NCBI GenBank assembly: GCA_976226885.1
Contig: OZ320316.1
Span: 111,600,001 to 111,664,000, forward strand
Origin: Iphione sp. A-MEVVRFRX5
Taxonomy: Eukaryota
DNA length: 64,000 bases
Direction of reading: 5' to 3'
Part shown: positions 13,901 to 24,790 of the stretch, piece after piece
Position numbering within the stretch: position 1 is the first letter of the stretch
Layout: every line of letters begins with the position of its first letter
Notes under the pieces: model-generated
What the model saw: only the letters and a program-made list of their open reading frames with translations
Told to the model about the DNA's origin: nothing
Databases searched by the model: none
Made by a program: the position numbers and the translations under genes

Positions 13901-16900
13901 GTGGTCCGAGGACACATTCAATGCCCTCCCCGGCTCCGTCCTCAGCAGTTTCTATGGTGATTTCTCCACCCCTGGCTACGAGGGCCGCCATAACGTTATC
14001 ATGGTGAGTTTTAAGGTTTGTCTTTTTGTCCCCCGCCTCATAGAGGGGGGGGGAGACATTAGGAATGCTGCTGGCTGGTTGTTCCGACCATCCGTCACAC
14101 TCTTGTGGGTCTTCTAAGTCTCAAACCCTTTCATTCAGAAGAACTGATTTTAATATATGATATTTGTATATATGACCCCATGGCACTGGGTAATTTTGGT
14201 AGTAATTCAAGTATTTTGGTGAGTTTAAGGGTTTGTTTTTTATGTACCTGGCATCATGGAGTTGGGAAGACCTATAGAAATAGTGCTGTCCAACTGTCTG
14301 ACCGTCCATCATGATCGTGTTGGCCTATCTCCTCCCTAAACCATTAAGTCGAGTGGAGCGTTCTACACGAGTGCTTGTCATAGGTTTATTTTGGAATAAT
14401 GTTAAGTATTTTTGAATAACACAACAATGGTGTGACGAGTAAGTGAGGGGCATATGTATGTTACATATTGCTCACCAAAGCAGCGAAAATGGACCTATCG
14501 CTGATGGTTGAATAAACGGGTGGTGCCGACGTAATTCTTACTGAATTAGGATGTCACGATAAGAATCGACCAATCAGATGGCTTAAAATTTGGACAATGT
14601 CGCAATTTGGTAAAATTGACGTTGGCACTGCCCGTTACTTCAACATTCAGAGATCGGCTCATTAGTCCAACTTTATCAACAGCTTGTGGTCACGGTCATC
14701 CATCTTATTTTCTAGAATGACCACCTTGTATTAACTGCAGGCATTATATGATAAACCTTTAGCCCTAACTTTAACACCGCATCACACAGGACACCAGACT
14801 ATGGGAAAGAACGAGTTGATAGTTTTAATAGAACCAAAAGTATTACAAAATGTATTTCTGTAATGATAAGAGACCACAGAGCAGACCAGATTGCAACAAA
14901 GACCCGATTTCTCCAGTCCTACAGGTTGTCTCTCTAGCAAGAGTCTTATACACATAATTATAATTATATGTACATCGGCAGGCATTGTATATTCTACAAG
15001 TACTTATGTATAAATATATTATGAAAATATATCGATTATGACCTTCATTAAGAACGTTTTTATTAAATAGATATATAGTATTATACATATCTGTATATTG
15101 TACATATACTCAGAGAGAGTCACTGGTTGACCTGCATCCTGAGCATGCGCGTAGTGCACACCCCGAGGTACCAGGGTATTTTGCTTGAGTTTATTTCACT
15201 CCGACTTTGGCTCCCTCTGTAGGGCGGATCATGGATATCGACGGGAAACGAGGCGTCACGCTTCAGTCGTTACGCCTTCCGACGCCATTTTCTGCAGCAC
15301 GCCGGCTTCCGGCTTGTGCGCAGTCTTCCTTCCGGCGAGGGTCCCGTCCAACTTCCGGTTGGTCTGATCAAGGACCAGCCCTATATACAAGGCACTGGTT
15401 TGGCAGGTACGCTTCACATACCAATCTAATCAAACATAACGATAAAATCACAACCAGATGTTAACCAGAGCACCATTAACACCAGGAAAAGGTCATCCAT
15501 TGCCCATACTCGTCATAATACCGAATCACAACCAGACATTACCCAGAGCACTGTCAACACCAAATATAGTCAGGCTATACAGTCATCTATTGTCTGCATT
15601 TCACATACTACGAACTCACAACCAGACATTACCCAGAGCACCATGAACACCTAAATATAGTCATCCATTGCCTGCACTTGTCATACAACCAATCAAAATC
15701 AGACATTGACCAGAGCTGGGGCTCCAGTTTTAAACTACGTGTATATGTAGAATGGTACACAATGTCCATGTCACCCTACATTTCTGCTGGGGCTGTAGGT
15801 CCTATCTGATGTCTCTGTGCTCGCATTCTGTTACAGTGTTCATGTATAGACCGTCATTAATCGTAAAGCGGTGACTTGTTAGGTACTGACATGTATACGT
15901 GTACAGTATGTGTACAGATCCAGTTCCAGATTTCTGCAAGTTTAGATTCTACGATCCTCATGAGTATAGCAGTTTTTACTCGCTACATTTCTCCTACTTA
16001 TCGTTGTTACTGTATTTAAAAGCAACAGATCAGTGCTTCAATTATCACTTCTTTGAATTCTAGAGAGTAAGGAGGGAGAACCAGACAAGCTCTTTGAATG
16101 CCAAGGTATGTATCAAAGAAACATGTATTACTCTTACTTTCATTTCTAATTCATACAAAGCCAATACACGGCCTGTTGTAAGGGGGCGGCGGGGATTTTT
16201 ATTCCCGGGGATATTTATTCGCCAAAATGAATAGGTAGATAGGCCTACAAGTGTTTGTCTTGATCAAAAACGTCCTAAATGAAGATGGAGTGGGATAGGG
16301 GTGCGGGGGAAAAACAGCGGGCTTTGGAAAGCCGGTGGACGAGACTCTGGAAGAAGCTATCACAGTTATACAGTGGAACCGCTCTACAAAGGACACCCTC
16401 TACAAAGGACACCCCTCACTATGGACAGACTGGAGAGGAACCAACTCTATATAATCATGTTTAAATACCCCTGCTATAAAGGACACCCCTCTTTATGGAC
16501 AGTTTTGATCAGTCCCTTTGCTGTGCATTGTAGAGAGGTTCCACTGTAGTATACAAATCAAGTTAAATCCCATACAATACACAGACATTTTCAACTCAAA
16601 CTTCGGGGCTGGACAGAGTGACAGCTCTCTGGATCAGTGATATGAGATAGGAGTCTGTTTTTTTTTCTGACAGCAGCGTTTGCGCCGACTGCCATGCTCA
16701 GTAACCACACTTTGCACACCGTCTATTCCCAGAACACCCGGTAAACCTGCCCAAGGGTGTGGAGTACGACCGTGAGTCGTCCCGGTACATCGTCTACCAG
16801 CTCGACACGGCCGAGTCACTCATGAAGCAGCTCCGAGCGGAATGGCTTCCAGAGAAAGATGGCGGCGGCGACGACGGTGGTGGCGTCCTCCTCGCGTCGC

Positions 16901-19812
16901 AGCCGACCTTGCCGGGGGTGGTGCTGGCTCAGTGGGCGGCGCAGGCGGCCGTGCGTCATGGCGCCCAAGGTCGCACGCTCTACATGGGTTGCGGCGTCGG
17001 ACGCGGCGTTGCGCCGCTCGCCCGCCATTTCCCCGACATCATCGCCGTCGATACGCGCGCCCGCTTCATCGACGCCTGCATCCGCCTGCAGGCAGGCGGG
17101 CGCGTGCGCAGTCCCGATGGCGCCACCTATCAGCTGGACGCGGAGACGCGGGCGGATCTCGCCAAGGTCACCTTCAAACAGGTCAGTACAAAAATGTCAC
17201 ACGTTAATAAGACGTTCTGTCCATTTTTTTCATTAATAAGAGGCTAACTGGAACAACTACAGGTAGTAAAATCTCATCCACCCTTTTGAGTTTCAAGAAG
17301 GAAGTGTAAGTACACAGGGAACTTTCATACTGGAGCGTAGACATGTCTTGTTGTTGCCATTTATTTAAATGTGACATACAAGAACATGTCTACACAATGC
17401 CTGACCACTATGACTGGTCGCTGCCTTGCGATGATATCATGGGTTCTGTTCGGTCGTTTAAAATAAACCTCTGGGGACTGTTTCAGCTCACGTGGCTGCC
17501 TAACGAGGTGGGATTTTTCGACTTCGTCTTCAGCTCTAACTTGGACCTTATCGATTTCTACCCAGGTAAGATAACGCTATCAGTTAATCAGGGCTGTAAC
17601 GTGGAAGTGCACACCTGTATCGTTTCTCGCCGCTTAATCGGTGGGAGTTATATTGAAGAGATGTGAGAAAGATAGCTGGTTGGCCCTTGGAATGACCCCA
17701 TGGCCGAGTGGTCCAAAACCGTTACAAGGCCAAACTTTATCCTGCTTTCCTGCCAATATCACGAAACTGTGCGTTTTGATTTTCTGGAGTATATAATATT
17801 TGATTACACGGACCAATGAATTCGTGTAATCTTTAGCTTTGTAAAGCTTACATCATGGATGTAATTTCTTTCTAAACACTCACCATACACGAATGGGCAT
17901 GTACAGTTTTTGTCTCCTGACTGTGAGTTGCCCTGCCTCTCGAGTTGGTTATACTAGCCCCCGCTATGATTAGATAATTAGTAGATTACATGAACTTCCC
18001 AGTGAAATGTAGTCATGACTTCGTACCAGGGTATGGACACAGGCGTCTAGCTGAGAATGGTACAGGTGGCGCCACTGCAGTCAAACACCACACCCCTGTA
18101 CCATTCTCAGGTAGACAGCTGGTGTCGACCCCTGGTACTAAAGTGAATTATTGGGACCAGGCCATTGTGTACCTGACTTCTGTGTTGCCCGCATAGGTGA
18201 AGTGAGCTGCCACTGTAGAATGTACAGTGGAACCTCTATTATATGGAGAGCTAAAAGGGACTGACCATAAGCTACCAATATAGAGGGACAACCATAATAG
18301 TAGGAGTATTTAAACATGAATATATAGACTTGCTTAGGTCTCCAGCCTGTTTTTAATATGGGGTGCTGTCCTGATAAGAGGGTTGTCCGGAATGAGGGGG
18401 TTCCACTGTACAGTACACTTAATGACCAATCTGCAGAGGAGACCAAACCAGGAGAGAGAGAGACCCAAGATTTATTCAGACCAAATAATTTATTCCCCTC
18501 TATGTAGAGTACATCACATGAGACCAAACCAGGGGAGAGACCCCAGAGACCAAATATTAATTCTCCCCTCTATGTATGTAGAGTATATCACATGAGACCA
18601 AACCAGGGGAGAGACCAAGGTGTTTGAGACCAAATCAATTATTTCCCTCTATGTAAAGTATGTCTTATGAGACCAGACTGTGGGAGAGACCAAAATTGAT
18701 CAGTCCCCAGCTTGGTCACCCATATACATGTACATAAGTCTCCACTGTACATCATTCCTTCCAACTCTTCTTCTTTTCATCGGCAGCCTTCCTCCTGAGG
18801 ATGAACGAGGTGATAAAGAAAGATAGCCTCTTCATCGTCGCCTCCGGGAAATACGGCGAGGAGGAGTTGGACTCGTACCTGGCAGCAAAGTAAGACTCAA
18901 CGGCGCCCCTGAGGCCCGCTCTCGATATATCTGCGGTCCTGCGTGTTTGCAAGTGACATGCTCCGTGTTTTACCTGTCGGAGACATGGCTATCAGGCCCG
19001 TAGCCAAGGGGGTATCGGGGGCATCGTCTGATACCCCCCACTAAACCGCATGCCTATAGGCCTATATAGTCATGGTCTCCAGGAGCCCCACCTCTGGGCT
19101 ATCGGGTGTATCGTCCGATACCCCCCACCACCACCACAACAATTCCTGGCTACGGGCCTGGCTGTGCTGTGACCAACAATATTACAAGGCAATTATTACA
19201 GTAATGAGAGAAAAAGTGATATATTATCATAACACAGTTCCTCCATCAACTGATTACCTTTCATGTAATAGCTCCACCCACTGAAAGATATGGTTATAAG
19301 ACATCGACTGCCTATACCCTGACAAGCTGCAAGTTCTGTAGGGTTGATTTATTCAGATTTCAAGTCTTAAATATAAAGCAATGAACAGAATTCACCCAAG
19401 TTTTACAAGGAATAGTCTATAATATGTCTGCTAATCCTTAGTGAAAACATAAGATTATATCTGAAATGTTTAGACTGAAGTTCCAGTTGACCTCCATATA
19501 CAGAAATTATCCCCTTGGTGACAAAATGCAAACTTTGGGGATGGACGGACAGTGACAGTTGTGCTATCAATGATAAGAGAGATAGACGTCACTTGATTGA
19601 CAGAAGCGTTTGCCCCCACTGTCATCCTTGCAATGGGTCTATTTTATTCAGGTGGAGGAACAGAGACAGCACTTTTTGTTGTATTAAGTAACTTTTTTTG
19701 ACATTCTGTTCCGTTATTTCTTGGCAGCTTTACTCTCTTGGAGAAGGACGTCATCTCCGTGGCTAATGGCCTGACCACGGTTTCCAAGGTGACCGTCTGG
19801 AGACACAACTAA
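1713..19812 (+). CDS. OvoA: Ovothiol biosynthesis enzyme OvoA (5-histidylcysteine sulfoxide synthase with C-terminal SAM methyltransferase); 12 exons, N-terminus missing
   Basis: Manual GT-AG splicing of 1713-1787, 3370-3510, 3943-4069, 7113-7230, 10021-10356, 11134-11281, 13752-14003, 15223-15406, 16733-17181, 17487-17565, 18787-18889 and 19728-19812 gives 2097 nt with every phase compatible and one terminal TAA. Motifs recognised as OvoA: ETGVDEMSWDDT, MEHERIHIETSSVLIRQLP, LGKP..FPSYGWDNEYG, GNVWQW, GGSWISTGNEASRF, RRHFLQHAGFRL, QLTWLPNE. Confidence 0.93.
1844..2028. mobile_element. Tc1/mariner-pogo-like MITE family B copy
   Basis: CAGTGGAA(A)CC...GGTTCCACTG|ta; internal sequence shared with 16371-16546. 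Confidence 0.8.
2274..2435. mobile_element. MITE family A copy 1 (TIR CAGGCCCGTAGC; 5-bp TSD GCAAG)
   Basis: gcaag|CAGGCCCGTAGCC...TAGCTACGGGCCTG|gcaag. Confidence 0.88.
2848..3030. mobile_element. MITE family C copy (CAGTGGAGAC ends, internal GAGACC repeats)
   Basis: ta|CAGTGGAGACC...GTCTACTG; interior shared with 18434-18747. Confidence 0.65.
3370..3510 (+). CDS. OvoA: OvoA exon (ENYRMGGKFQWPSVAEVVDYRRKV...DSPW), phase 0-0
   Basis: ttcttag|GAG...TGG|gtgagt; matches ORF 3382..3597. Confidence 0.92.
3943..4069 (+). CDS. OvoA: OvoA exon with Fe(II)-binding H-X3-H-X-E motif (HERIHIE, 3967-3987), phase 0-1
   Basis: cctcag|TGG...ACA G|gtgagt; WAVFMGMEHERIHIETSSVLIRQLP. Confidence 0.95.
5311..6450. 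repeat. Minisatellite: three near-identical 126-bp units, then degenerate units of about 60 bp
   Basis: AAAGGTATGCAGTGATAGAACC recurs at a 126-bp period; CCTTACACAATATCATCAAAGGTTTGCAGAGAT-like motif recurs downstream. Confidence 0.85.
7113..7230 (+). CDS. OvoA: OvoA exon (GKPVLENPM...LGKPLNFPSYGWDNEYGNVEYR), phase 1-2
   Basis: tgatag|GA...AG|gtaggt; absent from the ORF track; start of the FGE domain with the YGWDNEYG motif. Confidence 0.92.
7930..8830. repeat. Tandem repeat, about 80-bp period
   Basis: TTATAATATCAGAGTCTGG at about 8221, 8301, 8381, 8463 and 8545. Confidence 0.88.
10021..10356 (+). CDS. OvoA: OvoA exon, FGE domain plus Cys/His-rich insert, phase 2-2
   Basis: ctatag|G GTT CCT...TAC AG|gttcgt; VPSFEAS.YLVTNREFLQF..AGGY...YWTDEGW.WR. 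Confidence 0.93.
10603..10705. repeat. Dispersed repeat, also at about 14026-14135 and more diverged at about 61556-61635; possibly the end of a DINE-1/Helentron-like element
   Basis: shared TTGTCCCC.GCCTCATAGAG.GGGG..ACATTAGGAATGCTGCTGGCTGGTTG...GTCACACTCTTGTGGGTC; the family assignment is inference. Confidence 0.7.
11134..11281 (+). CDS. OvoA: OvoA exon (LRLMFDVIPMPWDWPVEINYLEAKAFCAWKG...RLPTEAEW), phase 2-0
   Basis: ttacag|G CTG...AGG|gtgagt; FGE-family RLPTEAEW motif. Confidence 0.94.
12780..13220. repeat. Diverged direct duplication, about 235-bp period, two copies
   Basis: ATTACTGCATGTTCTTACCT and TGTCCAACCTTCCATC each occur twice. Confidence 0.8.
13752..14003 (+). CDS. OvoA: OvoA exon (..ANFNVEYGSST.VN...GFRDLLGNVWQW...GRHNVIM), phase 0-0
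   Basis: ttccag|CGG...ATG|gtgagt; FGE-family GNVWQW motif. Confidence 0.93.
15223..15406 (+). CDS. OvoA: OvoA exon (GGSWISTGNEASRFSRYAFRRHFLQHAGFRLV...), phase 0-1
   Basis: ctgtag|GGC...GCA G|gtacgc; reading frame absent from the ORF track; FGE C-terminal GGSW and GFRL motifs. Confidence 0.95.
16371..16546. mobile_element. MITE family B copy with TA TSD
   Basis: ta|CAGTGGAACC...GGTTCCACTG|ta. Confidence 0.85.
16733..17181 (+). CDS. OvoA: OvoA exon, linker plus methyltransferase N-half, phase 1-0
   Basis: ttcccag|AA CAC...CAG|gtcagt; LYMGCGVGRG glycine loop, then IIAVDTRARFID. Confidence 0.88.
17487..17565 (+). CDS. OvoA: OvoA exon (LTWLPNEVGFFDFVFSSNLDLIDFYP), phase 0-1
   Basis: tttcag|CTC...CCA G|gtaaga. 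Confidence 0.88.
18225..18408. mobile_element. MITE family B copy, opposite orientation, TA TSD
   Basis: ta|CAGTGGAACC...GGTTCCACTG|ta. Confidence 0.82.
18434..18747. mobile_element. MITE family C copy with internally amplified GAGACCAAACCAGGGGAGAGA unit
   Basis: CAGAGGAGACC...GTCTCCACTG|ta. Confidence 0.7.
18787..18889 (+). CDS. OvoA: OvoA exon (AFLLRMNEVIKKDSLFIVASGKYGEEELDSYLAA), phase 1-2
   Basis: long pyrimidine tract, then cggcag|CC...AA|gtaaga; phases fit both neighbours. Confidence 0.85.
18993..19160. mobile_element. MITE family A copy 2 (TSD GCTAT/GCTGT)
   Basis: same TIRs and GGGGGTATCGTCCGATACCCCC-type hairpins. Confidence 0.87.
19728..19812 (+). CDS. OvoA: OvoA last coding exon (NFTLLEKDVISVANGLTTVSKVTVWRHN*)
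   Basis: ttggcag|C TTT...AAC TAA; phase-2 acceptor in frame. Confidence 0.85.
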
Positions 19813-20819
19813 AAGCGGAAGGAGAAGACGGGCATGCGCCTGCTGCCGGAACTGGTTAAGGCACCACAACTTACTAGATTGCCAATATCCTACCTTGTTA
19901 ACGCCAAGAATTATCACGCCGATGCGAAAGATTCGCTCAACATTGGTGTTGGGACATGAAATTATACCCCTCGTATCCGCTTTCTATATGCTAACACGCA
20001 CACTACAGTGTGATGCCACAAGGGGTTACAAGAAATATGTAACAGTGCCGCCCCAAATCTCGGATTTCATGCCTCTGTGCGTGGTGAAAAAAATAGTTTC
20101 TTTTGTTGTTGTTGTTTGGGGGGGGGTTGTTGGGGATGCTCTTTTTCTGAAAAAAGGCGAAACTCCTGAATGTTTGCTTATCTTCAGGTTTAGGAGAGTT
20201 CATGATTTAAGCTCCAGTTTTGTTCGGGGGGGGAGAGGGCGGGGGGGCGTAGCAATACTTCTGTCCAATCATCGGGCCATGTGTATCGATCTTGTGGGTC
20301 TTAAAAAAACTTCCCCATCATTTTGTCAGGTGAGCTGATATTTAGTAGGCTACTTTCCTATAATGTGGGCCCTTGCCATTGGGCTTTTATGGCATCATTT
20401 GAAAAAAGCAAAAAGAGAACCACTTAGTATCTGCCCACCAAGATAGATCCACTTGATGGAACAGCCAGCGGGAGGCACGGCCACTTGATGGAACAGCCAG
20501 CAGGGTAATCATAGGCCTCATAACGCCCCTTTTCTTGTTGCACAGGAAATTTGTTATTTGAGATCATCTCTCGTTGAAATATATCTCTAAATATTGTGAA
20601 GTGTGTTATTAGTTGGACAGGGAGCTGTTCTACTCCAGGTGCCTATTTCCACCTGCTTGGACGCCGGGGGGCGGGGGGGGGGGGGTAATGACCAAACCAC
20701 CGGCGTGTCACTTAGATATGGGCCTGCACTGTCACGAAAAGTCAGAAGTAACCTATCATAGGGGCAACTACCACATCTTGATACCGCAGCGCTTACCTTA
20801 GGGTAGCCCTTATATAGGC

Positions 20820-21130
20820 TCACCTTCAAATATTGACTCACCCTCAAATATAGACCCACCTTCAAAAAATAGACCCACCTCAAATATAGACTCAACTTCA
20901 AATATAGACCCACCTTTGAATATAGACCCACCTCAAATATAGACTCACCCTCAAATATAGACCAACCTACAAAAATAGACACACCTTCAAATATAGACCC
21001 ACCTTCAAATATGGACTCACCTTTAACTGTAGACCCACCTTCAACTATAGATCCCCTCCTATATAGACTCACTCTCAAATATAGACCCATCCTCAAATAT
21101 AGACCAACCTTCAAATTTAGACTCACCTTA
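20820..21130. repeat. Short tandem repeat, about 18-bp unit TCAAATATAGACCCACCT
   Basis: direct inspection; explains spurious ORF 20587..21144. Confidence 0.85.
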
Positions 21131-23093
21131 CCTGCATGTACCATATTCAGGGCTTTATAGGTTGGATAAAAACAATGATTTTAGTTCTACTGTTGGTACA
21201 CGGGGTGGACCCAACAGTGTTACAAAGTCCAGACCACATCATGTTATCTACTAAGTAAATGAAATACTACTGACATAAGTCTATATTAATAAGAGAGAAT
21301 AATCACAAATACAGAATATTACTAAAAAAAAAGGTGTATATTATTAGTATATATTAACCCACGTGAGGTTTAATACATATCCAGGTGGCGCTGTGGTCGC
21401 ATACTGCTACAAAGCCATGGTCACGTTTCACTGGTTCTTGTAATCTACTTATTTAATCAGGCAAATCTGTTGAAAGCATGTGCACGTACACAGATCTATC
21501 CGACAGCTAATAATCTATTTTTTAAATGATCCGCCCTCTATTTTAAGAGGAACGTTTTCTCATGTAGATCATGAATATTTAAACTGCAGAGAACTTGTCA
21601 CGCGTTTTGTGGCGAAGAGGCAGATTCTATTTTGGGAAAATCTGTATACATGTAATTTGCGACGTTCAGCAATAAAATTTATAGTCCATCATGTGATAAA
21701 TGTTGAGTTTTTCTTGTCGCAGTGGCCACGACTTGGTCACCATCCTGTCCCAGGATGGGCATCCCTGTCTCTACATATACCCCACGCTGTGTGTCCTGCT
21801 GCTCAAATTTACAACCTTGAAATGAAATGACACTTCCGGGATCGTGATTTAAGTAAGGGTTAGATGTAGTGACCAAACCGGATTGTCGAGGAAACTTCAT
21901 GAGGGGGGGAGCGGCTGCTGACCAATGAGAAGCAGGAAACATTGACCACCAATAATAACACATGGGTATAATCGAATAAACGGGTAGAGATGACGCACAT
22001 TTTACCCTTTGCAGAGACAGATGATTGAGCTGTTGGAGGAAGCGGTTCAAAATGTCATAATGACGCTACAGGTATATACAGAATGTTTCTAAGTTACGTA
22101 CGATCAGTCAATTGAAGTTTATAGAATTGATGTGACAGGATCACAGATCTGGTCATGAGGTTACCCTTCATGGAAACTATTTTACAGTGGACCAATAGCT
22201 ATGCCTATAGGGAAATCAAAGACAGCAAAGCAAAGAAGAAGCTCAAGGTGAAAAGCTTACAAATTGAAGGTCGAGGTCATTGGTGTGTTACTACACCAAG
22301 CTGAAGAAAATAGTCCAGTGTAAGATTCTGGCTCTATATAAAGTGGTAATAATCAAGATGAAGTGTGCATAACATGTTTTCTTTTGCAATACTCTCACTG
22401 CATACATAAGTAAATATGAAAATCTTACATCTCATCTGGGTGAGATCTCCCCATTGCCAGGACTACCTTTGGGTAATGTTTTATATAGGTAGTTTAATAA
22501 TTGCCAAATTAAGCTGAAATTTCCTCAAAAGCATGTTTTCATAGTGGGTGTTTTCATGGCCATATTTTCTTTGGCCATCAAGCATGTTTTCATGCCTGAC
22601 GATATCATTTGTACCATCAAAACATGGCCCTAAAAGTGACAAATTTGGCAAACAACAGCGAAATTCATGCAAATTTGGCCAAAATCAGCGAAACTTATGC
22701 TAATTCTACTGAAAGACAGAAGAAAGTGGCAAAATTAATGTAAATTCAGCAAAATAATGGCAAATTCCATGCAAATTGTGCCCAAAATGGCAAAACTCGT
22801 GTGATTTTGGCCGAAAATTGGTGAAATCCATGCAAATTTGGCCAAAAAACAGCAAAACTCGTGGCTAGATGTATAGACATGTATGGAAAGGTGCAGTCAT
22901 ATTCAGTTTTATCTTGTTATTTTACATGAAAAATAGCTAAGAAGGACATTTCACTTTTATGTTTACTATCTGATCATGAAAACACGCGTACACAGCATGA
23001 AAATTGGGGACCTTCCCAGTCTGGAAACACAGCTCCATGCCTATAGAAACAGGGTTGTGTTTCCATGGTGAAAGGAAACCCTGTAGGTGATAA

Positions 23094-23467
23094 GGCCCCC
23101 ATAAAATAGGTGTGTTTCTGGAAGCAAACAGGCAAAAACCTAGGTAGGAAGGGGGTACCTTTTTTTAAAGATTTTTTCTACTTTCTTCGCCTAGTTTTCA
23201 ATAACAATAAAGACACTATGAAGAGTTTGGACCAATCTGTATGAGTTTTACAGTTTTTTAGTGAGTTTTCATGAATTTTGTTTTTTTTCTATGGAATTTA
23301 CCAAAAACATGTGTCGTAAAAACATGTGTCGTAAAAACATGTGTCGTAAAAACACATATCTAAAGAAATTCAACCTTGGAAACTCTTTGGGGCCAAAAGC
23401 TTATTAGGTAGGGTGAGGTTTTACTAGGTAAGGGTGGGTTACCAGAAACACACCTATTTTTTTTACC
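23094..23467. mobile_element. Probable non-autonomous TIR element
   Basis: AAAATAGGTGTGTTTCTGG (about 23102) is inverted at CCAGAAACACACCTATTTT (about 23442); contains three copies of a 15-bp repeat at about 23303-23355; TSD unclear. Confidence 0.55.
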
Positions 23468-24540
23468 TAAGCATAGTTTCCCCCCCCCCCCCAAAAAAAT
23501 AGAATCACGAAACCCTGGCCGTGAAAACATGCACCTATAAGGAAATTCAGCCGTACAGGGGGCACAACTCTTCCGGTCGAGCACCAAAAGCCATTTTAAT
23601 TTAGTGCCAAAAGTTGTTGGCCTCCTTATTTCATTACCAAACATTATTATGTATGCTATTATAGTTAAGATTGTAAATACTGAGCAATGTGAAGGATCAG
23701 CACAGAAAGACAAAGAATAATGTACTCGGGGGGGGGGTGATAAGAACATAGAAAGGACGTAGGTGTGGTTCAAATGTGTATGACAGACTTATTCCTTGAT
23801 GATCGGCCATTTAAGTCCCTCAATTCGTGGTGAGTGGTCATTGAGCATTTCGAATTCCTAGTGATTAGTCATCCAAGGGAACTTCCTGCATGGGACCCTC
23901 CCTGAACACTAAGTTAATTATTTCTGCTGAGACATGCCACCCTGTCCCATCAACTCAAGTTGAATGAGACCCGTAAAAATAACGAAGAAAGCCGGTAAGT
24001 CTGATCTTTGAATCTTTGGGTGGCGCTCCTTTGGGGAATCCCACTACAAGCCACTGGTTTATTTTCTGGTAATAGGTGTATTGCATGTACATGAACCTGC
24101 ACATGGAATGAGAGGAGTGGATGAGTGTGAAACGTTGGTAGACCACGTGGACCCTCGCCTCCAAGTGATGGCAGCGCCAGCGGGAGTTTGAAGGACTAGG
24201 GCTCCACACACACCATCTAGCGGAGTATATTGCAACTAAACCTCACTTCAAAAAAAAACCTCTCAGTTTAAAATATACCTAGGAAGACTCAATGGAAAAC
24301 GTACCTGATTTTCATGGCTTCCATGTCAGGATCATGGGATTTTCAGGATGTTCTGATTAATCGACCCATTGCGGAAATATCAGTCACCCAGCTACGACGC
24401 AATATCTTTTCTTTTTTGGAGCAACCACCAATGAAAATGCACCATTTCAGTAACCTCGTATAGGTAAAGCCAGGCTGTGATGGGTTGTTTTAGCCACCAG
24501 CAACGTTCATGCATGAGTTCACATTCTAAGCACATGTAAA

Positions 24541-24790
24541 GGGGGGAGTTGGCTCAGTTGGTAAGAGTGCTGACTAGCACTGGTCCACTGATTGGAAGGT
24601 TGCAGGTTCAATCCTAGGCCTCTTGACCATGACCAGACAGATTAACTGTAGCCCCAACCCAGAGTGCCCACAACTTGTAATAAAGGCCATGAGTGTATAG
24701 GATTCTGTCCCCCATACAGAAAAAGACCCCAGCAACCCATTCAAAATAAGAGCAGGGGGCAACACTGGATATCCTGGTCTCTCAATTCTC
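24541..24790 (+). mobile_element. tRNA-derived SINE
   Basis: Pol III A-box TGGCTCAGTTGG (24550-24561) and B-box GGTTCAATCC (24605-24614); no closed cloverleaf; non-tRNA body follows. Confidence 0.7.

Noticed and set aside
19813-20400. SECIS or selenocysteine recoding in OvoA
   Set aside because: The spliced CDS has no in-frame TGA and no recognisable SECIS was seen.
24541-24625. Genuine tRNA gene
   Set aside because: A and B boxes are present, but no convincing acceptor or anticodon stems could be folded; treated as a SINE head.
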